A stretch of 64,000 nucleotides of DNA from an uncultured Verrucomicrobiae bacterium (GCA_963769025.1 CAVYKI010000012.1:352001-416000); one strand, 5' to 3'; counted from the first letter of the stretch, positions 1 to 11,425 are shown. The notes: generated from the sequence alone by a model not told the origin. Translations and numbers: made by a program.

Positions 1-1
1 T

Positions 2-3000
2 CGCGCCGGTGTAGGTGTTCGCCCCGCTCACCGTCATGATGCCGGTGCCGCTCTTGGTGATGCTCCCGGTGATGCCCGTGTAGTTGTTGATTGGCGTCGT
101 GATGTTCAGGTCCGAAACCGGAGCCATGACGCCGATGGTGACATTGAAGATTTGCGAGGTGGCGTTCTGAATGGCGATGCCGCCGGCGGGATTGATCACC
201 GCCGGATTGCCTGCGGCATCGGAGGTCGCGATCACCGCCGTGAATGGCGTCGCGTTGCTCAGCGAGTATGTCCCGCCGTTGTTGCCGGTCGAGGTGCCGC
301 CCAGCGTGCCGCCGGTCATCGTCACGGGATTGGCCAGCGTGACACGGCTGCCGCTTCCGTCGTTGGTCACCGTGCCGCCATTGATGATCAGCGCGGCCGT
401 GCCCGCAGTGTAGCCGAGCAGATCGTTCACCGAGCTCTGGAGGAGGAGCGTGCCGCCGCTGTTGACGGTGATGCTCGGCGTCCCCGCCAGGGCACCGAAA
501 GCCGAGGCTGTCGCCGTGGAGGAGAGCCTCAAGGTGCCGGCGTTGATGACCGTCGCGCCCGAGTAGGTATTCGTGCCAGGGGCGCTGGTGATGTTGAGCG
601 TCCCCGTGGTGCTGCCGCCCACGAGACCGACCGTCAGCGTGCCGCCCGCGCTGATGAGCGGCGTGGCGAGGAGGACCGTCTGGCCGTTCGGATCGAGCCA
701 GAGATCCTGCCCCGCAGCAGTGCTGAACCGCGCGGAATAGTCGTTCGTATTCGCCGCGCTGGACTGGAGCGTGCCGCCAGTGAAGGTGAGCACGCCACCA
801 TTGCCAAGGGGACCGGTGCCCGCGCCTTCGGCGACGCCGACATTCACGATGCCGCCGTTGATGACTGTGGCGCCGGTGTAAGTGTTTTGCCCGAGGAGGG
901 TGAGGGTTCCCGTCCCGGTCTTGTTCAGGTTCGTGGCACCGGCGATGCCGATGGTGCCGCTTGCATTCTGGAAGGTGTAGGGGACGGCGCTGGAATTGTT
1001 CACCGTCACAGCGCTGGGATTCACGCCTGCACCGTCGATGATCACCGTGCCGTTGGTCACGTTGGCAGACGTGATCGTATTCGTGTCCTGGAAGATGACA
1101 GCCGAGCCTTCGCTATAGTCGCTGGCTGCCGGTGCCGGGGTCGCGAAGTTGTTGTGCCCGGCCGGGGTGGCGATCCAGACCGAGTTGGCAGCGCCCGTGC
1201 CATTGGTCTGGCCGGTCCACGTCACAAAACCGACCCCGGTGCCGACGACGATCTGCTCGATCCCCGACACGCTGGTGAGGGTCAACGGATAGCTGAGCGC
1301 GCCCACCGTGATGGAGCGGGTGTCCGTTCCATTGCCGAACTTGAACAGCGTGTTGCCTGCGGGGATGCCGGGGGCGGTGATGATGCTGTACGTCCCCGGG
1401 GTCAGGGACGTCCCCAAGGCCGTGATGGTGATGGTGTTCGTGCCGGAGATGACGGAAGCGACCGTGCCACCGCTGAAGATGATTTGATCGACGCCTGCAC
1501 TGCTCAGCTCAAAGTTGAAGTTCGCGGTGGCCAGCGTCAGCGCGGCGGTGGCGAAGGAGGCGTTCTGGACCACGTTGAACGTGCCGATCGCACCGTCCAC
1601 CATGTTCACGGTGCCATTGGCGGCGACATTCAACGATGCGCCCATGCCGGCCGTGGCTCCGTTGCCAGCGGTGTAGGCGCCCGCGCCGGGCAGCACGGCA
1701 AGTGTGCCGTTTGCCGCGATGGAGATCGCCGTGTTGTCGAGGCTGCCGCCGGTGAGCGCGAGCGTGCCCTGGGTGAGCGTCGTCGGGCCGCCGTAGGTGT
1801 GGTTGCCCGAGAAGGTCTGGACCGCCGTCGGGCTGGCCAGATTCAGCGTCACGCCGGTCGCCAGCGTCGTGGAAGGCGCCGGCTGCTGGATGCTGCCGCT
1901 GAAGGCATTCCCGCCTGCCCCGGTGATGGTGACGGTGCGCAGGGCGCTCGCGCCGGTGTTCAGGATGGTGCCGCCGCCGGCGAGGCCACCGAAGGAGTAG
2001 TTGCCGACGTTGTTGATGTCGAGGGTCGCGCCCGAGCCGACCGTCCATAGCCCGCCGTAGGCCGCGGCAGTGGTGATAAACCGCACCCGGGTTCCCGCGC
2101 CCGTGATGTTGGCGTTGCCAGTGAAGGTCGCATTGAATGCGGCCTGGAACGTGTTGCCGCCGATGACGTTCAAGGTGCCGGGGCTGGCCGTATTGCCGAT
2201 CGCCGAGGAAGAAGTGATGTCGCCCCCAGCCGTATCAATCGTGCCACCGCCGGCCTGGACGTTGATATTGAGCAGAGTGCTGATCGTGATCGGAGCCGCG
2301 GACCTGAGCGTGCCGCCGTTAAAGCTCAGCGCGTTGACGGTCGAGTTCGTGCTCGTGAGGTTGCCATTCGCGAGCAAGGTCCCGCCGAGAAGGTTGAGCA
2401 CACCGCCCGTGGCGCCTGCCCATGTGAGCGTCCCGGCATTCACGGTGCCCGAGGAATTGACGTTCACGATCCCATTGCCACCCGAAGTGAAGGTGATGGG
2501 CGAGGCGAGCGTGTTCGTGCCGGTGATGTTGAGCGTGCCGGCGCTGATGGTCGTGAGCCCGCTGTACGCGTTCGCGCCGCCGAGCGTCCATGCTCCGATG
2601 CCGGCCTTCGTCACGCCGGTCAGCGCGCCGATGCCGGTGTTGCTGTCCACGATGCTGCCGTTGATGGCGTTCGCGCCGGACGCGGCGAGCGCCGTCAACG
2701 TGAGCACCTGGGTGCTCGCCGCGGCGTTCGCGCCGGTCATGCTGCCGGAGATGATGAGCGCACCGGTGGCGCCGGTGGTGTCGATCCCGCCGCCTGCAGC
2801 CGTGGCTGCGTTGCCAAAGGTGAAATTGCGATCGGTCGTCTCCCCCGCGCCCGTGTATCCCAAGGTGCCGCCACTCAAGACCAGATTGGCCGCCGCATTG
2901 GACGAGGCTCCGAGGCGGCTCGGCGTTCCGCCCGCACCCGCGATGCCGATCGCGGACACCGAGAGGATGCCGCCGTTGATGGTGGTCGGCCCGGTGTAGG

Positions 3001-6000
3001 AGTTGCCCGCGTTGGCCAGGATCCAGGCGGCGGTTCCATTCTTGGTCACGCTCACCTGGCCGACCGCCGCGTCTCCAATCAGCGGGGCAAACGTGTCCAT
3101 AAGCACGTTGGTTCCCGCGCGGGCACCGGCGAACGCCAGGGTGCGCGCACCGCTGCCCGTGTAGGCAATGGCTGCGGAGTTTGCGAATGTCAGCACATTG
3201 GCCGCCGTGGTGTTGTCGCTGGAAAGGGTGCTCCCGTTTTCCGTGACGGTGAGCAGCCGATCCGTCGTCACCGCGCCGGACGTGTTGAGGACACTGTAGG
3301 TGCCCCCATCCAAAACGAGCGAGGCCGCGTTGGTCGCATTGGATGTCGGATCGCCGGTGCCGATGCTGCTGTTGGCGCCGATATTCGCGAGCGAGCCCAA
3401 ACCGCTGGAAACAAGGACGCCGCCCGAAATGATCACCGGCCCTCCGAAGCTGCTGTTGGCGTTCGAGAGCGTCAGGTTTCCTGCGCCCAGCTTGGTGAGG
3501 CCGCCGGTGTTGGTATTGGCGACCAGCGAGCCGACGGAGACCGAGGCGCCAGTGCCGCCACCGCCGCTCAGGTTGACAGTGGGGGCGACCGTGTATTCGC
3601 CGGGTGCGGTGATGACGATGCCCGTCACCGCGCCGCCGCTGATGAGCGCGTAGCCCGATGCCGGCACACCGCCGGCGGCGAGCGTCCCGCCCGTGAAGGT
3701 CACTGCCGGCGCGCCGACATATCCGGTGCCGCCGGTGACGGTCAGATTGGCTGCGTAAACGCCCGATCCGGCCACTCCATTCATCGGCTGGGTGATGGTG
3801 CTGTTAAAGCCGTTGCTGTCGAACTTCAGTCCGCCGGTGAAGTTCTGCGAGCTGTCACCCGTCGCAGCCGCGTTGTTGATCGCTCCAAAGATCTTCGCGA
3901 TCGTCGTGGTGTTGGTGGCGTTGCCCGGCAAAAGCGCCGTCACCGCACCCGTGGTCATGATGGTGCCGCCCGCCGCGTTGATGTAGGCAAACGCGCCGTT
4001 GGTTCCGGTATTGCTGGTAACCGTGAATGCAGTGTTGGTCTGGTAGGTCCCGGCGGCGAAGTTGACGATGCCGACGTTGCCGCTGCTGTTGCCGCTATTG
4101 CCAAACTGAATCCCCCTCCCGGCCGTCGTGGTCAGCAGCCCTCCGGTCACGTTCAGGATGCCGGTCGCCCCGGCGGTCGTCCAATACATGACCAGCGGAT
4201 TGGCCGTGCCATTGCGGTTGAATGTCCCGCCGGGCCCGACGGTGACCTGGCCGATGTTATTGAGGTTGTTGTAGGCGATCAGGAAATATTCCGCGTTCGA
4301 GATCAGAGTGCCGCCGCTGCCGACATACACGACGCCGACCGTGCCCGGATTCGTGGTGGTGCCCGAAGTGGCGACCGTCATGCGCCCGACCGCGTTGTTG
4401 AACGTGCCGCCGGTGATGTTGAAGTAGCCGTATCCGCCGTTGCCTGCCACGAAGTTGGTGTTGTTGGCCGTCTGCGTGGTCGTCGTGGTCACCGTGCCGC
4501 CGGTCTGGTTATAGACCGACACGGAGCCGGGATTGTTCGCGCCTTGATAGGCGTAATAGGTATTGATGTCGCCGCCGACGTTGACGACTGCGGTCTGGTT
4601 GGCGCCGTTGGTGACGATGAGCAGGGATCCGGCGTTGGTCACGCCGTTGCCGGTCAGCGAGCCGGTGAGGTTCAGCGTTCCGTCCACGACGGTCGTGTTC
4701 CCGGTGTAGGTGTTCGCTCCACTCAGGGTCAGCGCTCCCGGGCCGACCTTGATCAGTGCGCCCGTCGTGGCGGCCCCTGTGGCACCGGCCAGCGAGAGGC
4801 TGCCTGCAGCGTTGATGTCGAATGTCGCGGTGACGCCGGTGTTGATGGTGAAGGCGCGGTTGCTGGTGGAAATCGCACCCGTGTAGGACAGCGTGCTGTT
4901 GCCGGAGAACACCAGATTTGTCGCCGCGGAGGATGACTGGCCGAGCGTGCCGGGCGCACCGCCGTTGGTGAGGGTGGGCACGCTCAGCGTGGCGCCGGCA
5001 TTGATGGTCGTGATGCCGCCGTAGGTGTTGGCGCCGTTGGTGAGGGCGGTGGTTCCCGTTCCGGCGATCGTCAGGTTGAAATTGCTGCCGCCATCGCTGA
5101 CGACGCCGCTGATCGTGAGGGCGTTGGTGGAATTGTTCGTCCACGCCTGGTTGCCGCCGAGGATGACATTCGCGCTGATCAGGTCGGCCCCGGAACCGGC
5201 CTGGACGGCGATGCCGTTGCCGGCAGCGTTGCCGTTGAGCGCGGCCGCGTTGATCGTGAGGGCATTCGTGCCGGCGCCCGAGGCGACGGTCGAACCGGCG
5301 CTGTTGGCGGTGCCGGCGCCGGAAAACGTGAGGCTGTTAATCGTGAATGCCTGATTGAGCGCCGTGAGCAGGTTCATGCCGTTGTTCGCCGTCAGGATGA
5401 CGTTCGTGTTGGAGGCTGGCACGGCAAACGTGTCCGCCGTGCCGGCCGCCGTGGAGGCCCAGTTCGTCGGGACTCCGCCTGCCGAGCCGGTTGCCCAACT
5501 GGTTCCCAGCGCCCCGGTCCAGTAGGCAGTATTCGGTGCGGCAGCAGCTCCGCCGGTGGCCACGGTGAGCACCTCCGTGCCGGTCGTGCCGCTGAGGGAC
5601 AGATTGTAGAGCACACCGCCCACGAACAAGTTGGGCGACGCGAGGAAGAAGTGCGCCGGATTCAGCGTGCTTAAGCCAGCCGTGGCATTGATCAAAGTGT
5701 AGTTTCCGGGCGTCAGGAAGCCTGCGCCAGTCGCGGGATTGATCGCAATTGCATTCGCCCCGCTCGATGTCGCCTGGCCACTGCCCGGGATGTTGTTCAG
5801 GCGCACGTCGATCTGGTCCGCTGCCGTCTGGCCGATATCGAACGTGAGCGACCCGCCGTTAAACGTCGCCGCATTTCCGGCAAAGGTGGTGTGCTGGATG
5901 AGGACGAACGGGTTCACCGATCCGTCGGCAAGATTCAGCGTGCCGCCGGCGTTCAAGGTCACCCTCGCCCCAGCCGCTGCCGTTCCCGCATTTCCTGCAA

Positions 6001-9000
6001 AATAGCCCGAGGTCCCGGCGAGTGGCGACAGGGTGCCGCCGTTGTTGATGACGATGCCCGTATTGCCAAGGACACCGGAGCCCGCACCCTGTGAGAGGAT
6101 CAGGTTGCCGGCATTCACGTTGGTGGCACCGGTGTAGGTGTTGATGCCGGAGAGCGTCCACGTGCCCGTGCCATTCTTGGTCAAGGTCGTGGTGTTGGTC
6201 GTGGAGTTTTGGGTGATCGCACCTCCGATTTCACCGGTCCCGGAAGTCGAGCCTGTCAAAATGAAGGTCTTCGCACCCGCGCCGGGGGTCGCGAAGTTGC
6301 TGCTGAATTTCAGGAGCCCGCCTCCCGATTGGTCAATGGTAGCGCCACTCGTCGTGCCATTCAGGCTGATGATGCGATCCGTCGTCTCGCCCGGGCCGAC
6401 GTATTTCAGGATGCCGTTTGAATTCAGGAGGATCGTTCCATTGCCGGCCGTGACCGGTGCTCCCAAGCTGCTGCTCGCCGTGCCGCCGGTGACGCTGTTG
6501 AACGAGGAAACCTGAACAGTCCCCGCACCGTTCAACTGCACCTGCCCGGTAAAAGTGTTGGCTCCCGCCAGGATGACCGTGCCTCCCGCGGCGGAGTTGA
6601 AATCCATATTTTGGAGACTCGATGCGCCATTCGCGATGACCGCATTGATCGTCAGGATGGTGCCGTTGGACGCATTGTAGTCCGGTCCGTTGGCCGCGCC
6701 AGTCGTCGCGCCGAGGAAAATAGTGCCGTTGATCGTGCTCGTGCCCGTGGCGGCGACGTTGCCCAATCCCAGATTGGACAGGATAATCCCGCCTGGACCG
6801 GTATCCAGAATGCCGCCGCTGATCGTGATGTTCTGCGCGGTATTGGCACCGCTCAGGGTCACCGTGCCGGCGCCTGTCTTGTTAATCGTCAGCGGGGAAG
6901 CCCCGGTGCTGAAGTTTCCGGCGATCGCGCTGCTGACGACGATGTTGCCGGATCCGGTGAGCCCCAACGTCTTCGCGCCCGTGCCGGTGAAGGTGATGGG
7001 ATTGGTGATCGTGAGGGTTCCCGCGCCGGAATTGTCAATCGTGCCGCCGCCGGTGGTGCCAGCGAGATTGAAAACGCGGTCGGTGGTTTCGCCTGCGCCA
7101 GTGTAGGACAAGGTCCCGGTCGTGGCGCCAGATCCCAGTTGAATCGTCGCATTCGCGATCGTGGTGGGCGCACCCAAGGGACCACTGGCGGCTCCGACGT
7201 TGTTGATGGCGGCCACGCTCAGCGTGCCGTTCTGCACCCAGGTCGGGCCGGTGTACGTGTTCGCGGTACCGAGCATGAGCGTGTTCGTGCCGAGCTTCGT
7301 GAAGCCGGATGAGGTCGTGCCGCTGATATTCCCGATGACCGATGAGTAGGTGGCGTTGCCTCCGGTGGTATCGAGGGCCAGGGCCGTTCCGGTCGCGGCG
7401 AAGGAAAGATTGGTCGAGAATGTTCCCGCGAGGACGTTGGCGATATCGGCCGCCGTGAAAGCGCCTGCGCTCCCATAGGCGAGCCCGAGGGTGCCGCCGC
7501 TGGAGACGGCGATGACCGGGTTCCCGGATGGGTACCCGACCATGGAGGCGGCATTCTGGAAAGCAACGACGCCGGCGCTGATCGTGATGCTGCCCGTGTA
7601 GGCACTCGTGCCCGACAATACCAAATTCGATGTCGCGCTGTTCTGGGTGATGCTCGTGACATTCGCGCCGATGTTGGAACTGATGGTCGTGGTCCCCGCG
7701 CCCGTGCCCGAGTTGGTCAGCGACCCGGTGAAATTGAGGTTCGCGCCGGAAACGGTAATGCCTCCCGCGGCGTTGGCGTTGAATGTCAGTGGCTGTGTGC
7801 CGGTGAAGGTGCTCGCGTTCGAGAAAGTCCACAGCCCGCCACCGGTCGAGGTGAAGGTGTTCATGCTCGCGCTCAGGGGCACCACCGAGCTGACGGTGAA
7901 TGCGTTCCCACCCGCCTGCGAGATGGCGGTGATGCCGCCGCCGATGGCACCCGAAAGGGTCGCGACCGGGGCGCCGCTGGCGCCGATGTTCGTGATCGTG
8001 CCGGTCTGATTCTGGGGGCCGGAGAGATTGACCGTCGAACCGGCGGCGGTCCCGTTCAGCAGGATATTGCCAATGCCGGAGACCGCACCTGAGGCGTTGG
8101 TGATGAACGCGCTGCTGCTCGTATTTCTCAATTGCAACGTCGGGGTGCTCGCGCCAGCTGCGAAGGTAATCGTCCCCCCCGCGTTGACCGTGCCCGAGAC
8201 GGAGAGGACGGCCGTGCCTGCGGCGTTGGGGATCGTGACGTTGTTTGGAAGGGTAAAGGTCGCTCCCGCGTTGGTAAAAAACAGCGTGGCGCCAGGCGTG
8301 ATCGAGAGCGGCCCGGTTCCCAACGGATTCACGGTCGCGACGGCGGTGGTCGTGACGGTCAGCTGGCCGGCTTGAATGTTGATTGGCATCGCCCCTGAAA
8401 TGGCGGCGGTGCCGCCAAGGGTGCTCAAATTCAGGGTGCCCGCCCCGACCTTGGTGAGGACATTCGTGCCCGAAATGAGCGGGACGGTGGCCGTGGCACC
8501 GCCAAGGGTGATGTTGTTCGCGCCGCCAAACGTGAGCGGGCCGCCGGGCGCGATCGTGAGCGTTCCCGCCGTCAACACGCCTCCAGGGGTGATCGTCAGC
8601 GTCCCCGTGGTGGAGTCGATTCCGCCGCCGCCCGCATTGATCGTGAAGTTGCGGGAGAGCGTGGCCGCGCCACCGGTATAGACGAGCGTGCCCATGGTGC
8701 TGGCACCGCCGAGGATGATGTTACTCGTGGAATTTCCCAGGCCGCTGACGGTGGTCACCACCGGGGTGCCGGAGAAACTCAGCGTTCCCTGCGTGATGGT
8801 GGTCGTGCCGGTGTAGGCATTGCTCGCGCTGCTGAGGGTCAACTGCGAGGTCGCAGAGTTTTGCACGACATTCGTGACGCTCGAAGCAATGGCACCGGTG
8901 ATGGTCACGGTGCCGGGTCCCGCGCCGGAGTTGGTGAGAGTGCCGGTGCTGGCAATGCCCGCGGTGGACGTGATGCCGCCCGTGCTGTTGGCATTGAACA

Positions 9001-11425
9001 CAAGGCTGCCCGTGCCCGCTGCGACACCGCCGGTCAGCGTGAAAAGACCCGCGCCGCTGCTGGCGATGGTGAAGCCCAACTGGTTGACGGGGTACGCGGG
9101 CGTCAGGGTGAGCGGGCTCGTTCCGGTCTCGTTGATCGCCGTGATGTTCGGGCCGAGATTCCCGATCGTGGTCGTGCCGGAACCCGTGCCAGAGTTGGTG
9201 AGCGTGCCGGTGGTGGCGATGCTCCCGGTGACCGTGATGTTACCGGTGTTGTTGGCATTGAACGTGACAGGGAAGACTCCCGCGCTGATGCCGCCGGTGA
9301 GCGTCAACAGCCCGGTGCCCGTGTTGGTGAACGTGTTCATCGTCGCCGAGGGCGTGATCGCGTTCGTGATCGTGAGCGGGGAGACGCCAGCCTGGGTGAG
9401 GGTGGTGACATTGGTGCCCAGCGTCGTGATGGTGGTGAGGCTGGTCCCCGAGCCAGCGTTGATCACCGTCCCGGCGTTGTTGACGTTGGTGAACGTGAGG
9501 GCAGCCGCGGTCGGGCTGGAGATGACGAGGTTGTTCGTCCCCGTGATCGAACCATTGAGCGTGACTAGTGTGCCTGTATTCTGCGTGCCGATGGAAAGGG
9601 TTCCAGTGCCCCCGGCGGTCAGGACGATGGGATTGGCATAGGTGAGTTGCGAGCCGGCAATCTGCAACCGCGCGTCCGCACTGCCGGAGGAGTCGCCGAG
9701 ATTGATGGTATTGGCGGCGGCAAATTGCAGCACTGCCATAGTTCCTCCCATCACCAGCGTTCCCGCCTTGATGTTGATCGCGCCTGTGAGAGTGCCCCCC
9801 GTGGTGGCATTCAGGCTCACCGTGCCCGGGGTCGTCTTGTTCAGCCCATTGGATCCTGCCATCGGCGCGGACACCGTGCCCGATTGAAGATCGAAAGCCG
9901 CAGTGCTCGTGAGCACGCCGCTGCCGGTGATGGAACCGGACTTCAAGCTGACCGAGGCGACCGTGTCGGCATAGGTCGCCATGCCGAGCGTGCCGCCGTT
10001 GATGGTGACCGCCGTGGCGCTGTTCAGGGCGTTGGCGATGCCGAGGGCGAGCGTGCCGCTGTTGATCGTCGTCGGCCCGGTGTAGGTGGCGACTTTGCTA
10101 ATCGTCACCGTGGAAGCGCCGCCGCCGATGGTCAGCGCTCCGGCCCCCGCACCGTCCTTGATCGTCCCGGAGAAGGTGATCGCGGCACCGGGAACCACGA
10201 CGAGTTCATTATTCGCGCCGATCGTGATGTCGCCCGCGCCGATAATCCACGTGCCCGAAGGGCCGGCATTCATGAGGCCATTGACCGAAAAGAGCGTTGC
10301 GCCGGGAACCGTCGTAGACCCCGTATTGGCGTAACGAATCGTATTCCCCGAGAACGAGGCCGGTGCCGTCCCGTTCGCAGACGTCAATTCATAATTCACT
10401 GTTCCCGTCGTGTCCGTGAGGTTCGCGGGCGCGGCTGCCGTAGTACCGCCCGTGAATGCCACCACTTGGTTGCTGCCGTTCACGGTCGCGTAACGGAGCG
10501 TGGTCGTCGCCCCGACAGTCGCCCACGGGCCGAGGATGCCATTCACATTCGTATTCGATGTGGTGGCGATGACGCCGGTGGTCAGCGGAATCACGCTGAA
10601 ATTCAGCGTGCCCCCGGAAGTCTGCGCGATGGCACCGAGATTCAGCGTGAGCGAAGTCGCCCCGTTTTGCGTGAGCGTGACGACGCCCGATCCCGCGAGG
10701 GTGGTTCCGGCGAATGTCTGGGAGTTTGTGGCGCCGCCGGCACCCGTGAGCGTGAGCCGGCCGCCGTTCAGCACCAGCGTGGACGCGCTGTTGATCAGGT
10801 CGGTCGAGTTGGTCGCAAAGTTCAGATTGAGCGTCGCGCCGTTGCTGATGCTGGTGTCGCCGGTGTAGGCGTTCACCGCAGAGAGGTTCAGCGTGCCGCC
10901 GCCGTACACGCCGAGTCCGTCCGCGCCCGCGATGACGGAACCGATCGTCGTCGCGACCCCGGTGTTGACGAAGAGATTCGGTCCCGCCGAGCCGAGGGTG
11001 AGCTGCCCGCCGTTGAGCGTGTAACCGGTCGTGAAAAACTGCAGCGAACCCGTGTTCACTCCACCGCCGGCAAGCGTCACCGTCCCGGCCGTCCCGGTGA
11101 AGATGACCGTGTCGGTGGTGAGGTTTGGCCAGGCGGCGTCCGTGCCGGTCACCGTATTGAACCAGAGGAGCGAGGAGGTGTCCCACGCTCCGGTCCCGCC
11201 CAAATTGTTTCCGGTGTTGCCTGTCGAGTTGATCGACTGGCCCGCGTAGTTTCCAACCGTGCTTCCATCGGCGTCCCAGTAATACGTCGCAGCACCCACG
11301 TTCGTGGTCGGGATGAGCGCCGCGGCAAGGACGGCGACGGAGCCGGCGAGGATGCGCTTGCGGACTGCCCGACTGGCGGTGCGGGCAGGCTTGCGGCGGA
11401 AAAGGGTAAGGTGGTTCATCTTCAT
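2..11425 (-). CDS. Giant autotransporter-associated beta-strand repeat (PATR) surface protein, >3,800 aa, 3' end outside window
   Basis: Absent from the ORF track, presumably because no stop lies in the window. ATG at 11425 reads MKMNHLTLFRRKPARTASRAVRKRILAGSVAVLAAALIPTTNVGAATYYWDADG (signal-peptide-like). The same frame at 2-60 reads TKSGTGIMTVSGANTYTGA. Many LTKxGxGTLTLxGxNTYxGxT repeats; T/G/N/A-rich. Confidence 0.9.
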   Translation of the reverse strand, partial: MKMNHLTLFRRKPARTASRAVRKRILAGSVAVLAAALIPTTNVGAATYYWDADGSTVGNYAGQSINSTGNTGNNLGGTGAWDTSSLLWFNTVTGTDAAWPNLTTDTVIFTGTAGTVTLAGGGVNTGSLQFFTTGYTLNGGQLTLGSAGPNLFVNTGVATTIGSVIAGADGLGVYGGGTLNLSAVNAYTGDTSISNGATLNLNFATNSTDLINSASTLVLNGGRLTLTGAGGATNSQTFAGTTLAGSGVVTLTQNGATSLTLNLGAIAQTSGGTLNFSVIPLTTGVIATTSNTNVNGILGPWATVGATTTLRYATVNGSNQVVAFTGGTTAAAPANLTDTTGTVNYELTSANGTAPASFSGNTIRYANTGSTTVPGATLFSVNGLMNAGPSGTWIIGAGDITIGANNELVVVPGAAITFSGTIKDGAGAGALTIGGGASTVTISKVATYTGPTTINSGTLALGIANALNSATAVTINGGTLGMATYADTVASVSLKSGSITGSGVLTSTAAFDLQSGTVSAPMAGSNGLNKTTPGTVSLNATTGGTLTGAINIKAGTLVMGGTMAVLQFAAANTINLGDSSGSADARLQIAGSQLTYANPIVLTAGGTGTLSIGTQNTGTLVTLNGSITGTNNLVISSPTAAALTFTNVNNAGTVINAGSGTSLTTITTLGTNVTTLTQAGVSPLTITNAITPSATMNTFTNTGTGLLTLTGGISAGVFPVTFNANNTGNITVTGSIATTGTLTNSGTGSGTTTIGNLGPNITAINETGTSPLTLTPAYPVNQLGFTIASSGAGLFTLTGGVAAGTGSLVFNANSTGGITSTAGIASTGTLTNSGAGPGTVTITGAIASSVTNVVQNSATSQLTLSSASNAYTGTTTITQGTLSFSGTPVVTTVSGLGNSTSNIILGGASTMGTLVYTGGAATLSRNFTINAGGGGIDSTTGTLTITPGGVLTAGTLTIAPGGPLTFGGANNITLGGATATVPLISGTNVLTKVGAGTLNLSTLGGTAAISGAMPINIQAGQLTVTTTAVATVNPLGTGPLSITPGATLFFTNAGATFTLPNNVTIPNAAGTAVLSVSGTVNAGGTITFAAGASTPTLQLRNTSSSAFITNASGAVSGIGNILLNGTAAGSTVNLSGPQNQTGTITNIGASGAPVATLSGAIGGGITAISQAGGNAFTVSSVVPLSASMNTFTSTGGGLWTFSNASTFTGTQPLTFNANAAGGITVSGANLNFTGSLTNSGTGAGTTTISSNIGANVTSITQNSATSNLVLSGTSAYTGSITISAGVVAFQNAASMVGYPSGNPVIAVSSGGTLGLAYGSAGAFTAADIANVLAGTFSTNLSFAATGTALALDTTGGNATYSSVIGNISGTTSSGFTKLGTNTLMLGTANTYTGPTWVQNGTLSVAAINNVGAASGPLGAPTTIANATIQLGSGATTGTLSYTGAGETTDRVFNLAGTTGGGTIDNSGAGTLTITNPITFTGTGAKTLGLTGSGNIVVSSAIAGNFSTGASPLTINKTGAGTVTLSGANTAQNITISGGILDTGPGGIILSNLGLGNVAATGTSTINGTIFLGATTGAANGPDYNASNGTILTINAVIANGASSLQNMDFNSAAGGTVILAGANTFTGQVQLNGAGTVQVSSFNSVTGGTASSSLGAPVTAGNGTILLNSNGILKYVGPGETTDRIISLNGTTSGATIDQSGGGLLKFSSNFATPGAGAKTFILTGSTSGTGEIGGAITQNSTTNTTTLTKNGTGTWTLSGINTYTGATNVNAGNLILSQGAGSGVLGNTGIVINNGGTLSPLAGTSGYFAGNAGTAAAGARVTLNAGGTLNLADGSVNPFVLIQHTTFAGNAATFNGGSLTFDIGQTAADQIDVRLNNIPGSGQATSSGANAIAINPATGAGFLTPGNYTLINATAGLSTLNPAHFFLASPNLFVGGVLYNLSLSGTTGTEVLTVATGGAAAAPNTAYWTGALGTSWATGSAGGVPTNWASTAAGTADTFAVPASNTNVILTANNGMNLLTALNQAFTINSLTFSGAGTANSAGSTVASGAGTNALTINAAALNGNAAGNGIAVQAGSGADLISANVILGGNQAWTNNSTNALTISGVVSDGGSNFNLTIAGTGTTALTNGANTYGGITTINAGATLSVPTLTNGGAPGTLGQSSSAATNLVFSGNSTLSYTGAISTSNRAFTINTGVTATFDINAAGSLSLAGATGAATTGALIKVGPGALTLSGANTYTGNTTVVDGTLNLTGSLTGNGVTNAGSLLIVTNGANQTAVVNVGGDINTYYAYQGANNPGSVSVYNQTGGTVTTTTTQTANNTNFVAGNGGYGYFNITGGTFNNAVGRMTVATSGTTTNPGTVGVVYVGSGGTLISNAEYFLIAYNNLNNIGQVTVGPGGTFNRNGTANPLVMYWTTAGATGILNVTGGLLTTTAGRGIQFGNSGNSSGNVGIVNFAAGTYQTNTAFTVTSNTGTNGAFAYINAAGGTIMTTGAVTALLPGNATNTTTIAKIFGAINNAAATGDSSQNFTGGLKFDSNGFNSTITQPMNGVAGSGVYAANLTVTGGTGYVGAPAVTFTGGTLAAGGVPASGYALISGGAVTGIVITAPGEYTVAPTVNLSGGGGTGASVSVGSLVANTNTGGLTKLGAGNLTLSNANSSFGGPVIISGGVLVSSGLGSLANIGANSSIGTGDPTSNATNAASLVLDGGTYSVLNTSGAVTTDRLLTVTENGSTLSSDNTTAANVLTFANSAAIAYTGSGARTLAFAGARAGTNVLMDTFAPLIGDAAVGQVSVTKNGTAAWILANAGNSYTGPTTINGGILSVSAIGIAGAGGTPSRLGASSNAAANLVLSGGTLGYTGAGETTDRNFTFGNAATAAGGGIDTTGATGALIISGSMTGANAAASTQVLTLTALAASGANAINGSIVDSNTGIGALTGVTKAGIGAWTLGGANAYSGLTTISAGTLNITGTNTLASPITFTSGGNGIVNVNSSGTVNAGTLTWAGATGGVLNLLGGTLLANGNLTSTNSTVNALSFNGGTLRSAAPITISTLLNINVQAGGGTIDTAGGDITSSSAIGNTASPGTLNVIGGNTFQAAFNATFTGNANITGAGTRVRFITTAAAYGGLWTVGSGATLDINNVGNYSFGGLAGGGTILNTGASALRTVTITGAGGNAFSGSIQQPAPSTTLATGVTLNLASPTAVQTFSGNHTYGGPTTLTQGTLALTGGSLDNTAISIAANGTLAVLPGAGAYTAGNGATAGMGASLNVAANGTVNMVDGAIGTFNVVQNASFATAALTLATANFNFELSSAGVDQIIFSGGTVASVISGTNTITITALGTSLTPGTYSIITAPGIPAGNTLFKFGNGTDTRSITVGALSYPLTLTSVSGIEQIVVGTGVGFVTWTGQTNGTGAANSVWIATPAGHNNFATPAPAASDYSEGSAVIFQDTNTITSANVTNGTVIIDGAGVNPSAVTVNNSSAVPYTFQNASGTIGIAGATNLNKTGTGTLTLLGQNTYTGATVINGGIVNVGVAEGAGTGPLGNGGVLTFTGGTLQSSAANTNDYSARFSTAAGQDLWLDPNGQTVLLATPLISAGGTLTVGLVGGSTTGTLNITSAPGTNTYSGATVINAGTLRLSSTATASAFGALAGTPSITVNSGGTLLLQSSVNDLLGYTAGTAALIINGGTVTNDGSGSRVTLANPVTMTGGTLGGTSTGNNGGTYSLSNATPFTAVIATSDAAGNPAVINPAGGIAIQNATSQIFNVTIGVMAPVSDLNITTPINNYTGITGSITKSGTGIMTVSGANTYTGA

